Shown piece by piece: positions 1 through 10,277 of a stretch of 64,000 bases of DNA. The stretch comes from a virus, in IMG/VR virus record IMGVR_UViG_3300027714_000005; one strand, written 5' to 3'. Both the position numbers and the translations under genes were made by a program. A model generated the notes under the pieces. It was not told the DNA's origin. It worked only from the letters and a program-made list of their open reading frames with translations, and did not search any database. The number at the start of each line of letters is the position of its first letter. Positions within the stretch are counted from its first letter, which is position 1.

Positions 1-18
1 GAGGTAAGAGTGCATATT

Positions 19-150
19 ATGTCTAAAGATGAAGCAAGAGAGATTGCCGAAGAAAGAGTTAATGTACTTATAGATAAAGGATATATAGACCCTTTATCCT
101 TCGAAGAGAAGGTACAACAACTGGTTGATAAACTATGTTTGACGAATTGA
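19..150 (+). CDS. small hypothetical protein (43 aa, MSKDEAREIAEERV...)
   Basis: Read manually; below ORF-track cutoff; overlaps next ORF in typical phage packing. Confidence 0.55.
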   Translation: MSKDEAREIAEERVNVLIDKGYIDPLSFEEKVQQLVDKLCLTN

Positions 151-269
151 AAGAAACTTTTAAAGTAAACAAGGTCTACCAATCTCGGTGGGTATGGTAT
201 CATACTATACTTGCCGCAGAGATTTTTCTGACCAACATCCTACTGATCGCTATATTATTTAAATTGTGA
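135..269 (+). CDS. small membrane protein (44 aa, MFDELKETF...LLIAILFKL)
   Basis: Read manually; hydrophobic C-terminal helix; stop overlaps uvsW GTG start. Confidence 0.55.
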   Translation: MFDELKETFKVNKVYQSRWVWYHTILAAEIFLTNILLIAILFKL

Positions 270-1753
270 GTATACCTAATACTATACGTGTAGGTCTTCG
301 TGACCATGCGATGATGATCATCGATGCGGAAGCACACCAGATTCCTGAACTGAGAGAGTACTTCTCATTCTTTGTGCCTGGCCATAAGTATATGCCCGCG
401 TTTAAGTCTCGCAGATGGGACGGTAAAATCAAACTCTTTAACCAAATTACTCGTGAACTGAATGTCGGTCTGTATGCACATCTAAAGAAGTTCTGTGCTG
501 ATAGAATGTATCCCATAGAGTTGATCGACAACCCTGAGTACGGTCACCCTGAGAATAAGAACCAAGTACCACACCAAGAGTTAATCAAATTTCAGGGTGA
601 ACTTGGTATGCCCTTTCCGTTACGTGACTACCAGTATGATGCGGTGACCCACGGTATCGAACAGAAACGTGCCATACTATTATCCCCTACTGGTAGTGGT
701 AAGTCTTTCATTATCTACAACCTAATGCGATGGTTCATGGATGCCTACGATGGTCAGAAGATTCTGGTTGTCGTTCCCACAACATCTCTGGTTGAACAGA
801 TGCACAAAGATTTTGCGGACTACGGATTCGACCCTGAGTTATGTCACAAGATATATGGTGGCAAAGAGAAGGTGACCGACAAACAAATCTTAATCTCCAC
901 GTGGCAATCAATCTACAAGTTCCCTGCGGAATGGTTCGAACAGTTTGGTTGTGTCTTTGGTGATGAGGTTCATCTATTCAAGGCGAAGTCCCTGTCCGGT
1001 ATAATGAACAAGTGTATCAACGCACCATACCGATTTGGTACTACTGGTACGTTAGATGGTACAGAGACAAATAAACTGGTACTCGAAGGTCTGTTTGGGC
1101 CCACCAAGACAGTGACCTTGACTCGTGACCTACAGGTACAAGGTACTCTTGCACAGATTAATATCTCTATACTATTACTCCGTTACCACAACGATGTCTG
1201 TCACATGATGCAGGGTAAGACCTATCAGGAAGAGATGGACTATATCGTAACCAACGAGAAACGCAACAAGTTAATAACCAACCTTGCGTTAGATCAGAAG
1301 GGCAATACTCTGGTGTTGTTTCAATTCGTAGAGAAACATGGTAAGGTTCTCTTTGACATGATGAGAGACAAAGCAGAAGACGGTCGAAAGATATTCTATG
1401 TGTCTGGTGAGGTAGATGCCGCAGACCGTGAACAGATTCGTGGTATAGTAGAAGGTCAAAAAGATGCAATTATTGTCGCCTCTCTCGGAACGTTCTCTAC
1501 AGGTATCAATATTAAGAATCTACACAATATAGTATTCGCATCCCCTAGTAAGAGTCAGGTTAAGGTACTACAGTCGATAGGGCGTGGTCTGAGACAGTCT
1601 GAGAACGGTGTGGCTACCAAACTATACGATATAGCAGATGATATGCATATCCAATCACACAAGAACTTTACACTCCGACATAGTGCAGAAAGAATTAAGA
1701 TATATACTAAAGAACAATTCCCTTATAACATATATCAATTGGATTTAAAATGA
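266..1753 (+). CDS. uvsW: UvsW SF2 DNA/RNA helicase
   Basis: SPTGSGKS Walker A, DEVH, QSIGRGLR motif VI; WDGKIKLF N-terminus; T4 synteny before gp55. Confidence 0.95.
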   Translation: MSIPNTIRVGLRDHAMMIIDAEAHQIPELREYFSFFVPGHKYMPAFKSRRWDGKIKLFNQITRELNVGLYAHLKKFCADRMYPIELIDNPEYGHPENKNQVPHQELIKFQGELGMPFPLRDYQYDAVTHGIEQKRAILLSPTGSGKSFIIYNLMRWFMDAYDGQKILVVVPTTSLVEQMHKDFADYGFDPELCHKIYGGKEKVTDKQILISTWQSIYKFPAEWFEQFGCVFGDEVHLFKAKSLSGIMNKCINAPYRFGTTGTLDGTETNKLVLEGLFGPTKTVTLTRDLQVQGTLAQINISILLLRYHNDVCHMMQGKTYQEEMDYIVTNEKRNKLITNLALDQKGNTLVLFQFVEKHGKVLFDMMRDKAEDGRKIFYVSGEVDAADREQIRGIVEGQKDAIIVASLGTFSTGINIKNLHNIVFASPSKSQVKVLQSIGRGLRQSENGVATKLYDIADDMHIQSHKNFTLRHSAERIKIYTKEQFPYNIYQLDLK

Positions 1754-2244
1754 CAGAATCTACAGTAGAGATGGAAGTAAAACAGTTTAAGTTATCGTCC
1801 GGTGAAGAGATTCTTGCGGAGGTAGTACAGTGGCAAGATGATGATGACATTGAAGTCTTAATCAGAAAAGCGATGCGACTTGTTATGATGGAGAATGAAG
1901 AAGGGTTTAAATACTATGCATTCCGACCTTGGATGGTGTATCAGGAAAGTAATGATGATTTGATAATCCTTCTAGCTACACATATTGTCGGGATAGGATT
2001 CCCTACAGATAGTCTACTAGTACAGTGGGATGAGGCAGTGGCTGATATGAAAGACATGCACACTGCACGTGAACAAGAATATGCTGAGAAACATGGTGAC
2101 CCTGAGAACGGTCTATCCGCAACTGAAAAGATGGAATCACGTGCGGTAACCGCTAGTGATAAGATTGATGATTATATAGAGAGGATGAATAGTGATTCTG
2201 CTTCTAATAATGTTATCCAGTTTAACTCTAAAAAATTACATTAA
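1750..2244 (+). CDS. hypothetical protein, probable Sm-like fold
   Basis: FKLSSGEEILAEV...RPWM pattern; position after uvsW as in marine T4-like phages. Confidence 0.5.
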   Translation: MTESTVEMEVKQFKLSSGEEILAEVVQWQDDDDIEVLIRKAMRLVMMENEEGFKYYAFRPWMVYQESNDDLIILLATHIVGIGFPTDSLLVQWDEAVADMKDMHTAREQEYAEKHGDPENGLSATEKMESRAVTASDKIDDYIERMNSDSASNNVIQFNSKKLH

Positions 2245-2813
2245 TGGAAAAGATTGGTGATGAGTATGTCTTTGTCAAGATGATTGATGACGAAGACATG
2301 AACACTAGGATAGTCAATAGAGTTTGTGATATTGGTGATGAGACTAGTCGTATGACTAATGTTAAGGCAGACTGTACGTTAGGTCAATTACATTGGGAGT
2401 ACCCTGAGTTTACAAAACTAGCAGAGATTATCGAAGAGTTCTGTATAGAGTCTTCCTTAGAGATGAACATGGATAACAAGAACCATAGACATCGGGTGGG
2501 TATGCCTCTCTGGAATAACTTATATATACAATCACAGAAAGTAATTTCTATGTGGGGTACAAGATCAATAAGTGAAGAGGTTACTACACCTCACGACCAT
2601 TGGCCTTGTACATGGGCATTCTGTTATTATATTGATCCACCTGAAGGGTGTTCAAATCTAGTCTTCCCAACACTAGGAAAAGAAATTCAAATTGAGAATG
2701 GTAAATTGGTTATCTTCCGAGGACATCTTATACATGAAGCGATATCCAAAGAGTTTGATGGTGACCGTTTTTGTATTGCAGGAACTGTAGTATTCAACCC
2801 TCCGCAGCAGTAA
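2244..2813 (+). CDS. 2OG-Fe(II) oxygenase-like protein
   Basis: HDH...YY...LVIF..HLIH...R.CIAG DSBH pattern. Confidence 0.7.
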   Translation: MEKIGDEYVFVKMIDDEDMNTRIVNRVCDIGDETSRMTNVKADCTLGQLHWEYPEFTKLAEIIEEFCIESSLEMNMDNKNHRHRVGMPLWNNLYIQSQKVISMWGTRSISEEVTTPHDHWPCTWAFCYYIDPPEGCSNLVFPTLGKEIQIENGKLVIFRGHLIHEAISKEFDGDRFCIAGTVVFNPPQQ

Positions 2814-2840
2814 AGCTTATTATACAGTGAGTAACAACTT

Positions 2841-3305
2841 TTGTCAACCCTAAAAGTAAAAAATAAAATCGGATTCACCTGTAGCGCATTCGACCTGTTT
2901 CATGCGGGTCATGTTGCTATGCTTAAAGAAGCACGGTCTGTGTGTGACTACCTTATAGTAGGACTACAGACTGACCCCACCATAGATCGTCCTGACAAGA
3001 ACAAACCCCTACAATCAATCGCTGAAAGATATTTGCAGGTTCAAGGGTGTAAGTATGTTGACGAGATAATCCCTTACGAGTCAGAAGAGGACTTGTTACG
3101 ACTGATGCAGTTGGTTCAGTTTGATGTACGTATCATCGGTGAAGAGTACAGAGAAAAAGATTTCACTGGAAAGGATTATCAGCTTGACAATTACGTTGAA
3201 GTGTATTATAATAGTAGACATCACAATCTATCAAGTACTAATTTGAGACATAAAATCGGAATTAAAAATGACAACAACAATTACCCCAACCGTAAAGAAA
3301 GTTAA
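2841..3305 (+). CDS. glycerol-3-phosphate cytidylyltransferase-like (TagD family)
   Basis: FDLFHAGH (HxGH), LIVGLQTD, SST motif. Confidence 0.85.
   Translation: MSTLKVKNKIGFTCSAFDLFHAGHVAMLKEARSVCDYLIVGLQTDPTIDRPDKNKPLQSIAERYLQVQGCKYVDEIIPYESEEDLLRLMQLVQFDVRIIGEEYREKDFTGKDYQLDNYVEVYYNSRHHNLSSTNLRHKIGIKNDNNNYPNRKES
3184..3212 (+). promoter_or_regulatory. sigma70-type promoter for gp55
   Basis: TTGACA-17-TATAAT. Confidence 0.8.
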
Positions 3306-3888
3306 ACCAAAAGACAAACCGCATTACGTAAACAATGCGATGTTCTCACAAGCAGTCGTGGATTATGTAACGACACTGAACGAGGCACGTGAGTCCTGTA
3401 TTGAACAACCTAAAGTAACTGACTACATTGCTCAGTGTTTTCTCAAGATATGTGAAGGGTTGTCTCACAAGTCTAACTTTGTCCGTTACACCTATCGTGA
3501 AGAAATGGTGATGGATGCGGTAGAGAACTGTCTCAAAGCAATCGAGAACTACAACCTAGAAGCAGCGACCCGCACTGGTAAACCTAATGCGTTTGCATAC
3601 TTCACCCAGATATCGTGGTTCGCATTCCTACGTAGGATTGAGAAAGAGAAGAAACAACAAGACATCAAGATGCGTTATATGGAACAGGCTGGTGTTGATA
3701 TGTTTCTTGATAACGAACTCGGTGATGAACGATCTGGTCAGTATGCGTCTGCGTTTGTTGACTCACTCCGTATACGTATCGATGATGTTAAGGATAGGGA
3801 TACCGAGTGGAAAGAGATTGTTAAGAAGGAACGTAAGAGACGTACCGTTAAGGCAGACTCAGACTTAACAAATTTTATAGTTGACTAA
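3268..3888 (+). CDS. 55: late-transcription sigma factor gp55
   Basis: HYVNN, NFVRYTYREEMVMDAVENC, NAFAYFTQI..AFLRRI.KEKKQ. Confidence 0.95.
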   Translation: MTTTITPTVKKVKPKDKPHYVNNAMFSQAVVDYVTTLNEARESCIEQPKVTDYIAQCFLKICEGLSHKSNFVRYTYREEMVMDAVENCLKAIENYNLEAATRTGKPNAFAYFTQISWFAFLRRIEKEKKQQDIKMRYMEQAGVDMFLDNELGDERSGQYASAFVDSLRIRIDDVKDRDTEWKEIVKKERKRRTVKADSDLTNFIVD

Positions 3889-3909
3889 TCATGTTTTCTG
3901 TGTTATACT
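3881..3909 (+). promoter_or_regulatory. sigma70-type promoter for gp47
   Basis: TTGACT-17-TATACT. Confidence 0.7.
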
Positions 3910-3938
3910 ATACACTAATAAATGAATAAAGGTTTTAT

Positions 3939-4994
3939 ATGAAGGTCGCCATTCTAAACGACACACACGCAGGGTGTCGCAATTCCTCTGACATTTTTAT
4001 GGCATATCAGGAACGCTTCTATAGTGAAGTGTTCTTTCCATATCTGTTAGAGAATAATATTAAACATATCTTACACTTGGGTGATTACTACGATAACCGT
4101 AAGACAATCAACTTCAAGGCACTGCAACACAACCGTAAGATATTTCTAGAACCTATGCGTAAGCATGGTATTACTATGGATATAATTCCTGGCAATCATG
4201 ACGTGTACTACAAGAACACCAATGAGTTGAACGCACTGAAGGAACTACAAGGTCACTACATGAATGAAGTGAACCTCGTAATGGAACCATGCGTCATTAA
4301 CTACGGTGGAACTGATATGGCATTGATTCCTTGGATTAACCCTGAGAACGAAAAATCAACACTTGAGTTTCTAAAGAACACCAAAGCAACACTTGTGGGC
4401 GCCCACTTGGAACTGGCAGGTTTTGAGATGTCACGTGGTCAGGTATGTATGGACGGTATGGACAAGAGTGTGTTCGATAGATTCGAGACTGTTCTGACTG
4501 GCCACTTCCATGCCAAGTCTAGTATGGGTAACATCCATTACCTTGGTGCTCAGATGGAGTTCTTCTGGAACGACTGTGGTGACCCTAAACACTTCCATGT
4601 GCTTGATATGGAAACGAGAGAACTAACACCTGTTCGTAATCCGATTACTATCTTTGAGAAGATTTACTACGATCACGAGAACATGGCAAAGTTCCAAGAC
4701 CTCTCTTATCTTGACAATAAGTTTGTGAAGGTTATCGTTACTAACAAGGGTGACGCATACGATTTCGAACGATTCATTGATCGGGTACAATCACAGAAGA
4801 TTCATGAACTGAAGATTGCTGAAGACTTCAAAGAATTCACTGGTGAGAACGTTGCGGACACGGTGTCGGTCGAAGATACCGAACAGTTGGTAATCAACTA
4901 CATTGACGCTGTTACTACTGACCTAGATAAGTCACGTATTAAACGAGAGGTGTCTAGTCTAATGACTGAAGCACAGAGTATGGAAATTGTATGA
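3939..4994 (+). CDS. 47: recombination endonuclease gp47 (Mre11/SbcD-like)
   Basis: DTH, LGD, GNHD, GHFH metallophosphoesterase motifs; synteny. Confidence 0.95.
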   Translation: MKVAILNDTHAGCRNSSDIFMAYQERFYSEVFFPYLLENNIKHILHLGDYYDNRKTINFKALQHNRKIFLEPMRKHGITMDIIPGNHDVYYKNTNELNALKELQGHYMNEVNLVMEPCVINYGGTDMALIPWINPENEKSTLEFLKNTKATLVGAHLELAGFEMSRGQVCMDGMDKSVFDRFETVLTGHFHAKSSMGNIHYLGAQMEFFWNDCGDPKHFHVLDMETRELTPVRNPITIFEKIYYDHENMAKFQDLSYLDNKFVKVIVTNKGDAYDFERFIDRVQSQKIHELKIAEDFKEFTGENVADTVSVEDTEQLVINYIDAVTTDLDKSRIKREVSSLMTEAQSMEIV

Positions 4995-5218
4995 GTACTA
5001 AGAACGACATTACTGGAGATAGCATCCAGTCTAAAGTCCTTTCCGAGAAGGGTAGAGACAACTGGGATGCCATCTTTGGTAAGAAGGAAGAAGAAAAGAA
5101 GTCCTCGACATGGGAACACTATTGTATGGCTGAAGCAACCCTATTGGGTGTCGAGGCGGGTCAAGAGTGTAACTGGTGTGGACTTAGTGAATATGATTTT
5201 GATGAAGAGCTTGACTAA
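4991..5218 (+). CDS. hypothetical protein with Cys motifs
   Basis: KNDITGD..., HYC...CNWC; coupled between 47 and 46. Confidence 0.6.
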   Translation: MSTKNDITGDSIQSKVLSEKGRDNWDAIFGKKEEEKKSSTWEHYCMAEATLLGVEAGQECNWCGLSEYDFDEELD

Positions 5219-5239
5219 AATTAATAACTGTGGTATAAT
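5211..5239 (+). promoter_or_regulatory. sigma70-type promoter for gp46
   Basis: TTGACT-17-TATAAT, extended -10 TG. Confidence 0.75.
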
Positions 5240-5245
5240 TACATC

Positions 5246-6961
5246 ATGATAAAATTTCAGAAACTACGATTCAAAAACTTCCTGTCTACCGGCAACAACT
5301 TCACCGAGGTTGAGTTCGACAAGACCCCTACCACTCTGGTTATAGGACAGAACGGTGCGGGTAAGTCTACTATGTTGGATGCCCTGTCGTTTGGTCTGTT
5401 CGGTAAACCACACCGGAAGATATCCAAGGGTCAGTTGGTTAACACCATTAATGGTAAGGGTACTCTTGTAGAGGTAGAGTTCGGTATCGGTACACAGGCA
5501 TATAAGATTGTGCGTGGTATCAAACCTAATCGATTCGAGATATGGGTTAACGATAACATGGTTAATCAAGATTCTCATGCCAAAGAGTATCAATCGATGC
5601 TTGAGAAGAACATCATCAAGTTGAACCACAAGTCTTTTCACCAGATTGTTGTACTGGGATCGTCATCCTTTGTACCGTTCATGCAGTTGGCTGGTGGTTC
5701 TAGACGTGAGGTAATCGAAGACCTACTCGACATCAATATGTTCAGTAAGATGAACTCTCTGTTAAAAGAGAAGGTGTCTATACTCAAAGACCAGATAGCA
5801 AACAACTCCCATCAACTAAATCTTGTTGATACCAAAATCAATGCACAGAAGAAGTATCTCCGTGACCTGAGTGCGATATCCTCGCAACAGAAGAAAGAGA
5901 AACTTGACAACATCAAACACTTACAGGAAAACATCCGCAAACTCAATAACTCTAATGAGTCACTTACCAATGCAATAACGACATACGAAGTTCTCGGTGA
6001 CCAAGTTGATAAGAATACTGAGGAGTTGAATAAACTTAATGAGTTTGCCGCACAGTTTAAGGTACAACAGAAGCAAATCGTCAAGCAGGCAAAGTTCTAC
6101 GAGAATACTGACTTGTGTCCTACGTGTGACCAAACGATTGACAAGAAGTTAAAAGAGTATCATCTCAATACGTGTAAGACCAAGGCGGGTACTATCGCAT
6201 CTGCGTTGGAGATGCATTCTCTCCGTAAGGAACAACTTGACGCAAAGACCGCTGAGTTGAATCTCAAGTTGTCAGAGATTCGTGAATGGCAGTCTACTAT
6301 TCGTGCAAACGCTCAGGAGATTGGCACACTCAACCGTAACATTGACGGACTCAATAGTGACATCACTCGTATTGATAATGAGAGTGGTGACCTGTCTGAA
6401 GCGAACTCTGAGTTAGAGACTCTACGTACCGACAAAGAAGAACTCCAAGACTCCAAGTATAAGCTGAACGAACAGGGTTCATACAACCAAGTCTATAGTG
6501 AGTTGTTAAAAGATACTGGTATCAAGACTAAGATTATTAAACAGTACCTCCCAGTCATCAACCAGTTGACTAACAAGTACTTACAGATTCTAGACTTCTT
6601 TGTACACTTTGACTTAGACGAGAGTTTCCAAGAGACTATCCGTTCACGTCATCGTGATGCCTTCTCTTACGATTCATTCAGTGAAGGTGAGAAGCAACGT
6701 ATAGATTTGTCCCTACTATTCACGTGGAGACAGATTGCGAAGATGAAGAACAGTGTTGCGACCAATCTACTAATCCTTGACGAGACCTTTGACTCGTCTC
6801 TGGATGAGGACGGTATTGAAAACCTCATGAAGATTATATCAACATTGGGTGAGGATACCAACGTGTTTGTTATCTCCCACAAGAGTGAACTCGAAGATGC
6901 CGCATTCCAGCGCAAGATAGAGTTTGTAAAAGAGAAGAACTTTAGTAAAATTAAAGCTTGA
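5246..6961 (+). CDS. 46: recombination ATPase gp46 (Rad50/SbcC-like)
   Basis: GQNGAGKS, CPTC zinc hook, FSEGEK signature, LDE Walker B. Confidence 0.95.
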   Translation: MIKFQKLRFKNFLSTGNNFTEVEFDKTPTTLVIGQNGAGKSTMLDALSFGLFGKPHRKISKGQLVNTINGKGTLVEVEFGIGTQAYKIVRGIKPNRFEIWVNDNMVNQDSHAKEYQSMLEKNIIKLNHKSFHQIVVLGSSSFVPFMQLAGGSRREVIEDLLDINMFSKMNSLLKEKVSILKDQIANNSHQLNLVDTKINAQKKYLRDLSAISSQQKKEKLDNIKHLQENIRKLNNSNESLTNAITTYEVLGDQVDKNTEELNKLNEFAAQFKVQQKQIVKQAKFYENTDLCPTCDQTIDKKLKEYHLNTCKTKAGTIASALEMHSLRKEQLDAKTAELNLKLSEIREWQSTIRANAQEIGTLNRNIDGLNSDITRIDNESGDLSEANSELETLRTDKEELQDSKYKLNEQGSYNQVYSELLKDTGIKTKIIKQYLPVINQLTNKYLQILDFFVHFDLDESFQETIRSRHRDAFSYDSFSEGEKQRIDLSLLFTWRQIAKMKNSVATNLLILDETFDSSLDEDGIENLMKIISTLGEDTNVFVISHKSELEDAAFQRKIEFVKEKNFSKIKA

Positions 6962-6986
6962 CAACCCGTGCATTATACTGTATAAT
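6958..6986 (+). promoter_or_regulatory. sigma70-type promoter for gp45
   Basis: TTGACA-17-TATAAT. Confidence 0.8.
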
Positions 6987-7024
6987 TCACTTATATTATT
7001 AAATAAACCAGAGAGAAGTACATT

Positions 7025-7702
7025 ATGGAACTATCCGACATCACCATGCAGGTTCTCAAGAACTATGCTACCATCAACCCTAACATCGTTATCACCGAAG
7101 GTAATACGATCAAGACTATTTCTGTTGCACGGAATGTCTTATCCAAAGCAGAACTCTCTGAGGAGTTTCCGCAATCATTTGGTATCTATGACCTGACAGA
7201 ATTCTTAAACGTTCTGTCGTTGGTTGATCAACCCCGACTCAAGTTTGAGAAAGACTTTGTGACCGTGGGTGACTCGACTGGTCGTTCGTCTGTGAAGTAC
7301 TTCTTCTCTGACCCTGAGATGTTAACCTCGCCCGGCAAGGACATCAATATGCCAGAAGCGGACGTTAAGTTTACCCTAGATACTGACACACTTGGTAAAG
7401 TGAAACGTGCCGCAGCTGCACTCGGTCATGACGAGATATCAATCGCCCCAACTCAAGGTGCAATTCGACTATCTGTTGTTGACAGTAAGGACGCGACAAG
7501 TAACACATTCTCTATTGACGTAGAGGGTACGTACCCCGAAGGAGTTGACTTCAACTTCATCATGAATGTTAGTAACCTAAAAGTTATTAACGAAGACTTT
7601 GAGGTTGGTATCAGTAAGAAACTTATCTCACAGTTTACTAGTAAACAATCTACGATTGAATACTTTATTGCACTTGAAAAATCATCTACTTACGGAGAAT
7701 AA
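7025..7702 (+). CDS. 45: sliding clamp gp45
   Basis: LKNYATIN, FGIYDL.EFL, YFIALE C-terminus. Confidence 0.93.
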   Translation: MELSDITMQVLKNYATINPNIVITEGNTIKTISVARNVLSKAELSEEFPQSFGIYDLTEFLNVLSLVDQPRLKFEKDFVTVGDSTGRSSVKYFFSDPEMLTSPGKDINMPEADVKFTLDTDTLGKVKRAAAALGHDEISIAPTQGAIRLSVVDSKDATSNTFSIDVEGTYPEGVDFNFIMNVSNLKVINEDFEVGISKKLISQFTSKQSTIEYFIALEKSSTYGE

Positions 7703-7921
7703 ATGATGGCAAAACCCAACAAAGCAGAACGAGACCACACATCAATGTACGAACTGGGTAACCGAGTTGCCCGTTCATCAGTCGCGGTGATCGATACCGT
7801 AGTACAACGTGGTGGATTCAAGGGAGAAGAACTCTCTACCATTGGTCAATTACGTGACCAAGCAGTTCAGATTATCCAACTCTGTGAAGAGTATCAGTCT
7901 GAACAATCTGTTGACGAGTGA
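7703..7921 (+). CDS. hypothetical protein
   Basis: IDTVVQRGGFKGEELSTIGQLRD; RBS GGAG upstream. Confidence 0.7.
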   Translation: MMAKPNKAERDHTSMYELGNRVARSSVAVIDTVVQRGGFKGEELSTIGQLRDQAVQIIQLCEEYQSEQSVDE

Positions 7922-7929
7922 ACAAAACT

Positions 7930-7954
7930 GGGGGTGATAAAACACCCCCTTTTT
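7930..7954 (+). terminator. Rho-independent terminator
   Basis: GGGGGTG-ataaaa-CACCCCC followed by T-run. Confidence 0.8.
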
Positions 7955-7956
7955 GC

Positions 7957-7985
7957 TTGACTTTTTGTTTCATATACTGTACAAT
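7957..7985 (+). promoter_or_regulatory. sigma70-type promoter for gp44
   Basis: TTGACT-17-TACAAT with TG extension. Confidence 0.7.
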
Positions 7986-8029
7986 GTACACTTAATGAAA
8001 CACTTTATTACTTATATTATGGAGACACC

Positions 8030-8968
8030 ATGTCCAAAGAATTCCTCTGGGTCGAGAAATATCGACCACACTCTGTCGCAGACACTATCCTCCAGTCTGA
8101 CCTCAAGACTACCTTTCAAAAGATCGTAGACTCTGGTGAGATTCCCAACATGATGTTCACTGGTACGGCTGGTACTGGTAAGACCACAATCGCACGTGCA
8201 ATATGTGACGAACTTGGTTTGGACTACATCGTTATTAACGGTTCCGAAGAAGGTAACATCGATACCCTACGTGGTAAGATCAAACAGTTTGCGTCCTCGG
8301 TATCCCTATCAGGCGGTTACAAGGTTGTAATCCTCGATGAGGCAGACTACCTTAACGCACAATCAACTCAACCCGCACTACGTGGTTTCATCGAAGAGTT
8401 CTCTCAGAACTGTCGATTCATCCTGACGTGCAACTTCAAGAACAAAGTAATCGAACCACTACACTCTCGTTGTGGTGTCATTGAGTTCAACACCTCCAAG
8501 AAAGAGATGGCAAAGTTGTGTGGTCAGTTCATGACCCGACTACAGACTATCCTTGATGGTGAGGGTGTGACTTACAATAACGAAGTCATTGCTGGATTGA
8601 TTAAAAATTACGCACCAGACTGGAGACGTGTTCTTACTGAATCGCAACGTCATTCTATCTCTGGTAAATTGGACACTATAGTTATCAATAACGGACTTAA
8701 TGCGAACTATAGCATCCTTTTCAAGTCCCTCAAGTCCAAGGACTTCAAGAAGATGCGTTCGTGGGTCGTGAACAATATGGATGTTGAACCAGCATCGGTC
8801 TTCCGTGGTATCTATGATTCTATGGAAGGTTCTGTACAACCCCAATCCATTCCACAACTGGTTCTAATCCTTGCTGACTACCAACACAAGAACGCTTTTG
8901 TAGCAGACCACGAACTAAACCTTGTTGCTTGTTTGACGGAATGTATGGCAAACGTAGAGTTTATATAA
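8030..8968 (+). CDS. 44: clamp loader large subunit gp44
   Basis: LWVEKYRP, GTAGTGKT, DEAD, SRC (RFC-type AAA+). Confidence 0.95.
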   Translation: MSKEFLWVEKYRPHSVADTILQSDLKTTFQKIVDSGEIPNMMFTGTAGTGKTTIARAICDELGLDYIVINGSEEGNIDTLRGKIKQFASSVSLSGGYKVVILDEADYLNAQSTQPALRGFIEEFSQNCRFILTCNFKNKVIEPLHSRCGVIEFNTSKKEMAKLCGQFMTRLQTILDGEGVTYNNEVIAGLIKNYAPDWRRVLTESQRHSISGKLDTIVINNGLNANYSILFKSLKSKDFKKMRSWVVNNMDVEPASVFRGIYDSMEGSVQPQSIPQLVLILADYQHKNAFVADHELNLVACLTECMANVEFI

Positions 8969-8971
8969 ATA

Positions 8972-9370
8972 ATGAGTGAGCTGAAGATGAGATTAATAAG
9001 AAACGCATTACAAACCCCAGACGGGACTATACTAGAGTCTACACATAGACATGACTATAAAGAATACACCGATGCCAATGGTAAGTACTACATGGTTGAC
9101 GGTGGTCTGGATTACGTAAGACGTACCGTTCATACCGATCAAATTAATTTGTGTGAGTACGATGACGCACCACATGAACGTCAACGTAATATCCTCAAAT
9201 GGGGTACATATGGTAAGGACGGTCTTCAGCAATTACATTACAAGACTATTGCAGAGATGGAGACCGCACATTTGGGGTCTGTTATTGCTCTTCGTGGTAT
9301 ATCTCCTATACTGCGAGAATGTATGGTTAACGAACTGGAGTGGAGAAAAGTAAATGACAATGCCGGATGA
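8972..9370 (+). CDS. conserved phage hypothetical protein
   Basis: S.HRHDY...VDGG.DY.RR...WGTYGKDG pattern. Confidence 0.65.
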   Translation: MSELKMRLIRNALQTPDGTILESTHRHDYKEYTDANGKYYMVDGGLDYVRRTVHTDQINLCEYDDAPHERQRNILKWGTYGKDGLQQLHYKTIAEMETAHLGSVIALRGISPILRECMVNELEWRKVNDNAG

Positions 9371-9557
9371 ACGAAGAAGTGCTGTCTTACGCACCGAGAA
9401 GTTTCTTATTGACTTATTGAACCCCAAGATGACTCCTAAAGTCCCTAGTGATATTCGAAAACGTGCATACAGTTGTTTAAAACATTTCCCACGAGAGTAT
9501 GATATGGAACGTGCCGCACACACTTCCCCCCAAATATTTGGTGAATGGGATGACTAA
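9354..9557 (+). CDS. hypothetical protein
   Basis: MTMPDER...TPKVP..IRKRA...LKHFP. Confidence 0.6.
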   Translation: MTMPDERRSAVLRTEKFLIDLLNPKMTPKVPSDIRKRAYSCLKHFPREYDMERAAHTSPQIFGEWDD

Positions 9558-9726
9558 AAAGAACCCGAAGATTAGAATGAAGGGTGGTGCGGAGTACGAT
9601 GCCCTCACATCGGCTAAACAATTCTATTGTTATTTGGCACGAAGTAAAGTTGCCAAACGTATTAAAAGAGGGTATAATAAGAGATTCCGTAGAGAAGGAA
9701 AACAAGAGAGTAAGAATGATGAGTGA
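9550..9726 (+). CDS. small basic hypothetical protein
   Basis: In-frame ATG at 9550 within ORF 9499..9726; KGGAEYDAL...KRGYNKRFRR. Confidence 0.55.
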   Translation: MTKKNPKIRMKGGAEYDALTSAKQFYCYLARSKVAKRIKRGYNKRFRREGKQESKNDE

Positions 9727-10105
9727 ACATACACCAGACAACTGGGTAGTGATTAAGTTTACCCAACAAGTAAAGAGTGGCAACACTGGATATGGTAGAA
9801 CAGAAAAGGTGTTTTACAAAGTACTCGGTGGTTGGTCAGGTGGTTATCTCGATGGCGATTCATGGAGACTGAACAGTGGTATCGTTGACGTTGAAGAGAC
9901 TACTGATTCATATATCTTTATTGGTGGTAGTGGTAGTCGTTACATATGTAACAAGACTCAGGAATGTCTGAGAATGAATACTGCCGGTATATGGAGACAA
10001 ATGCAGGAAGCTAGTTCAGATACACTAGGTCAAGTTAAACTTGAACTGATGGAACCTGATAACGAAACCACTCGTAAGGATTGGAAGGCACTGCTAAGTG
10101 AATAA
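9716..10105 (+). CDS. conserved phage hypothetical protein
   Basis: TPDNWVV...YKVLGGWSGGYLDGDSWRLNSGI; start reassigned to ATG 9716. Confidence 0.65.
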   Translation: MMSEHTPDNWVVIKFTQQVKSGNTGYGRTEKVFYKVLGGWSGGYLDGDSWRLNSGIVDVEETTDSYIFIGGSGSRYICNKTQECLRMNTAGIWRQMQEASSDTLGQVKLELMEPDNETTRKDWKALLSE

Positions 10106-10277
10106 GTGGTGGAGAATCTGGGCAAAGAGTCTAGGCGAGAAAGTTGGAGAAACTGATAAACAAGCAAACACTATCGCAGCTATTCGTAGCATCTGGTGGT
10201 TTACTCACATGGCAACTTGTGTGGCAATCATTCTTAACGCAATAGCAAACCACGGTTGGAACTTAATAGGATTATGA
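10098..10277 (+). CDS. small membrane protein (59 aa, MNKWWRIWAKSLGEK...)
   Basis: Read manually; fills gap exactly; WRIWAKxLGEK motif recalled from marine T4-like phages. Confidence 0.6.
   Translation: MNKWWRIWAKSLGEKVGETDKQANTIAAIRSIWWFTHMATCVAIILNAIANHGWNLIGL

Noticed and set aside
8964-8971. TATAAATA late promoter before 8972
   Set aside because: Abuts the ATG with no room for a start site and is formed by the gp44 stop codon; probably chance
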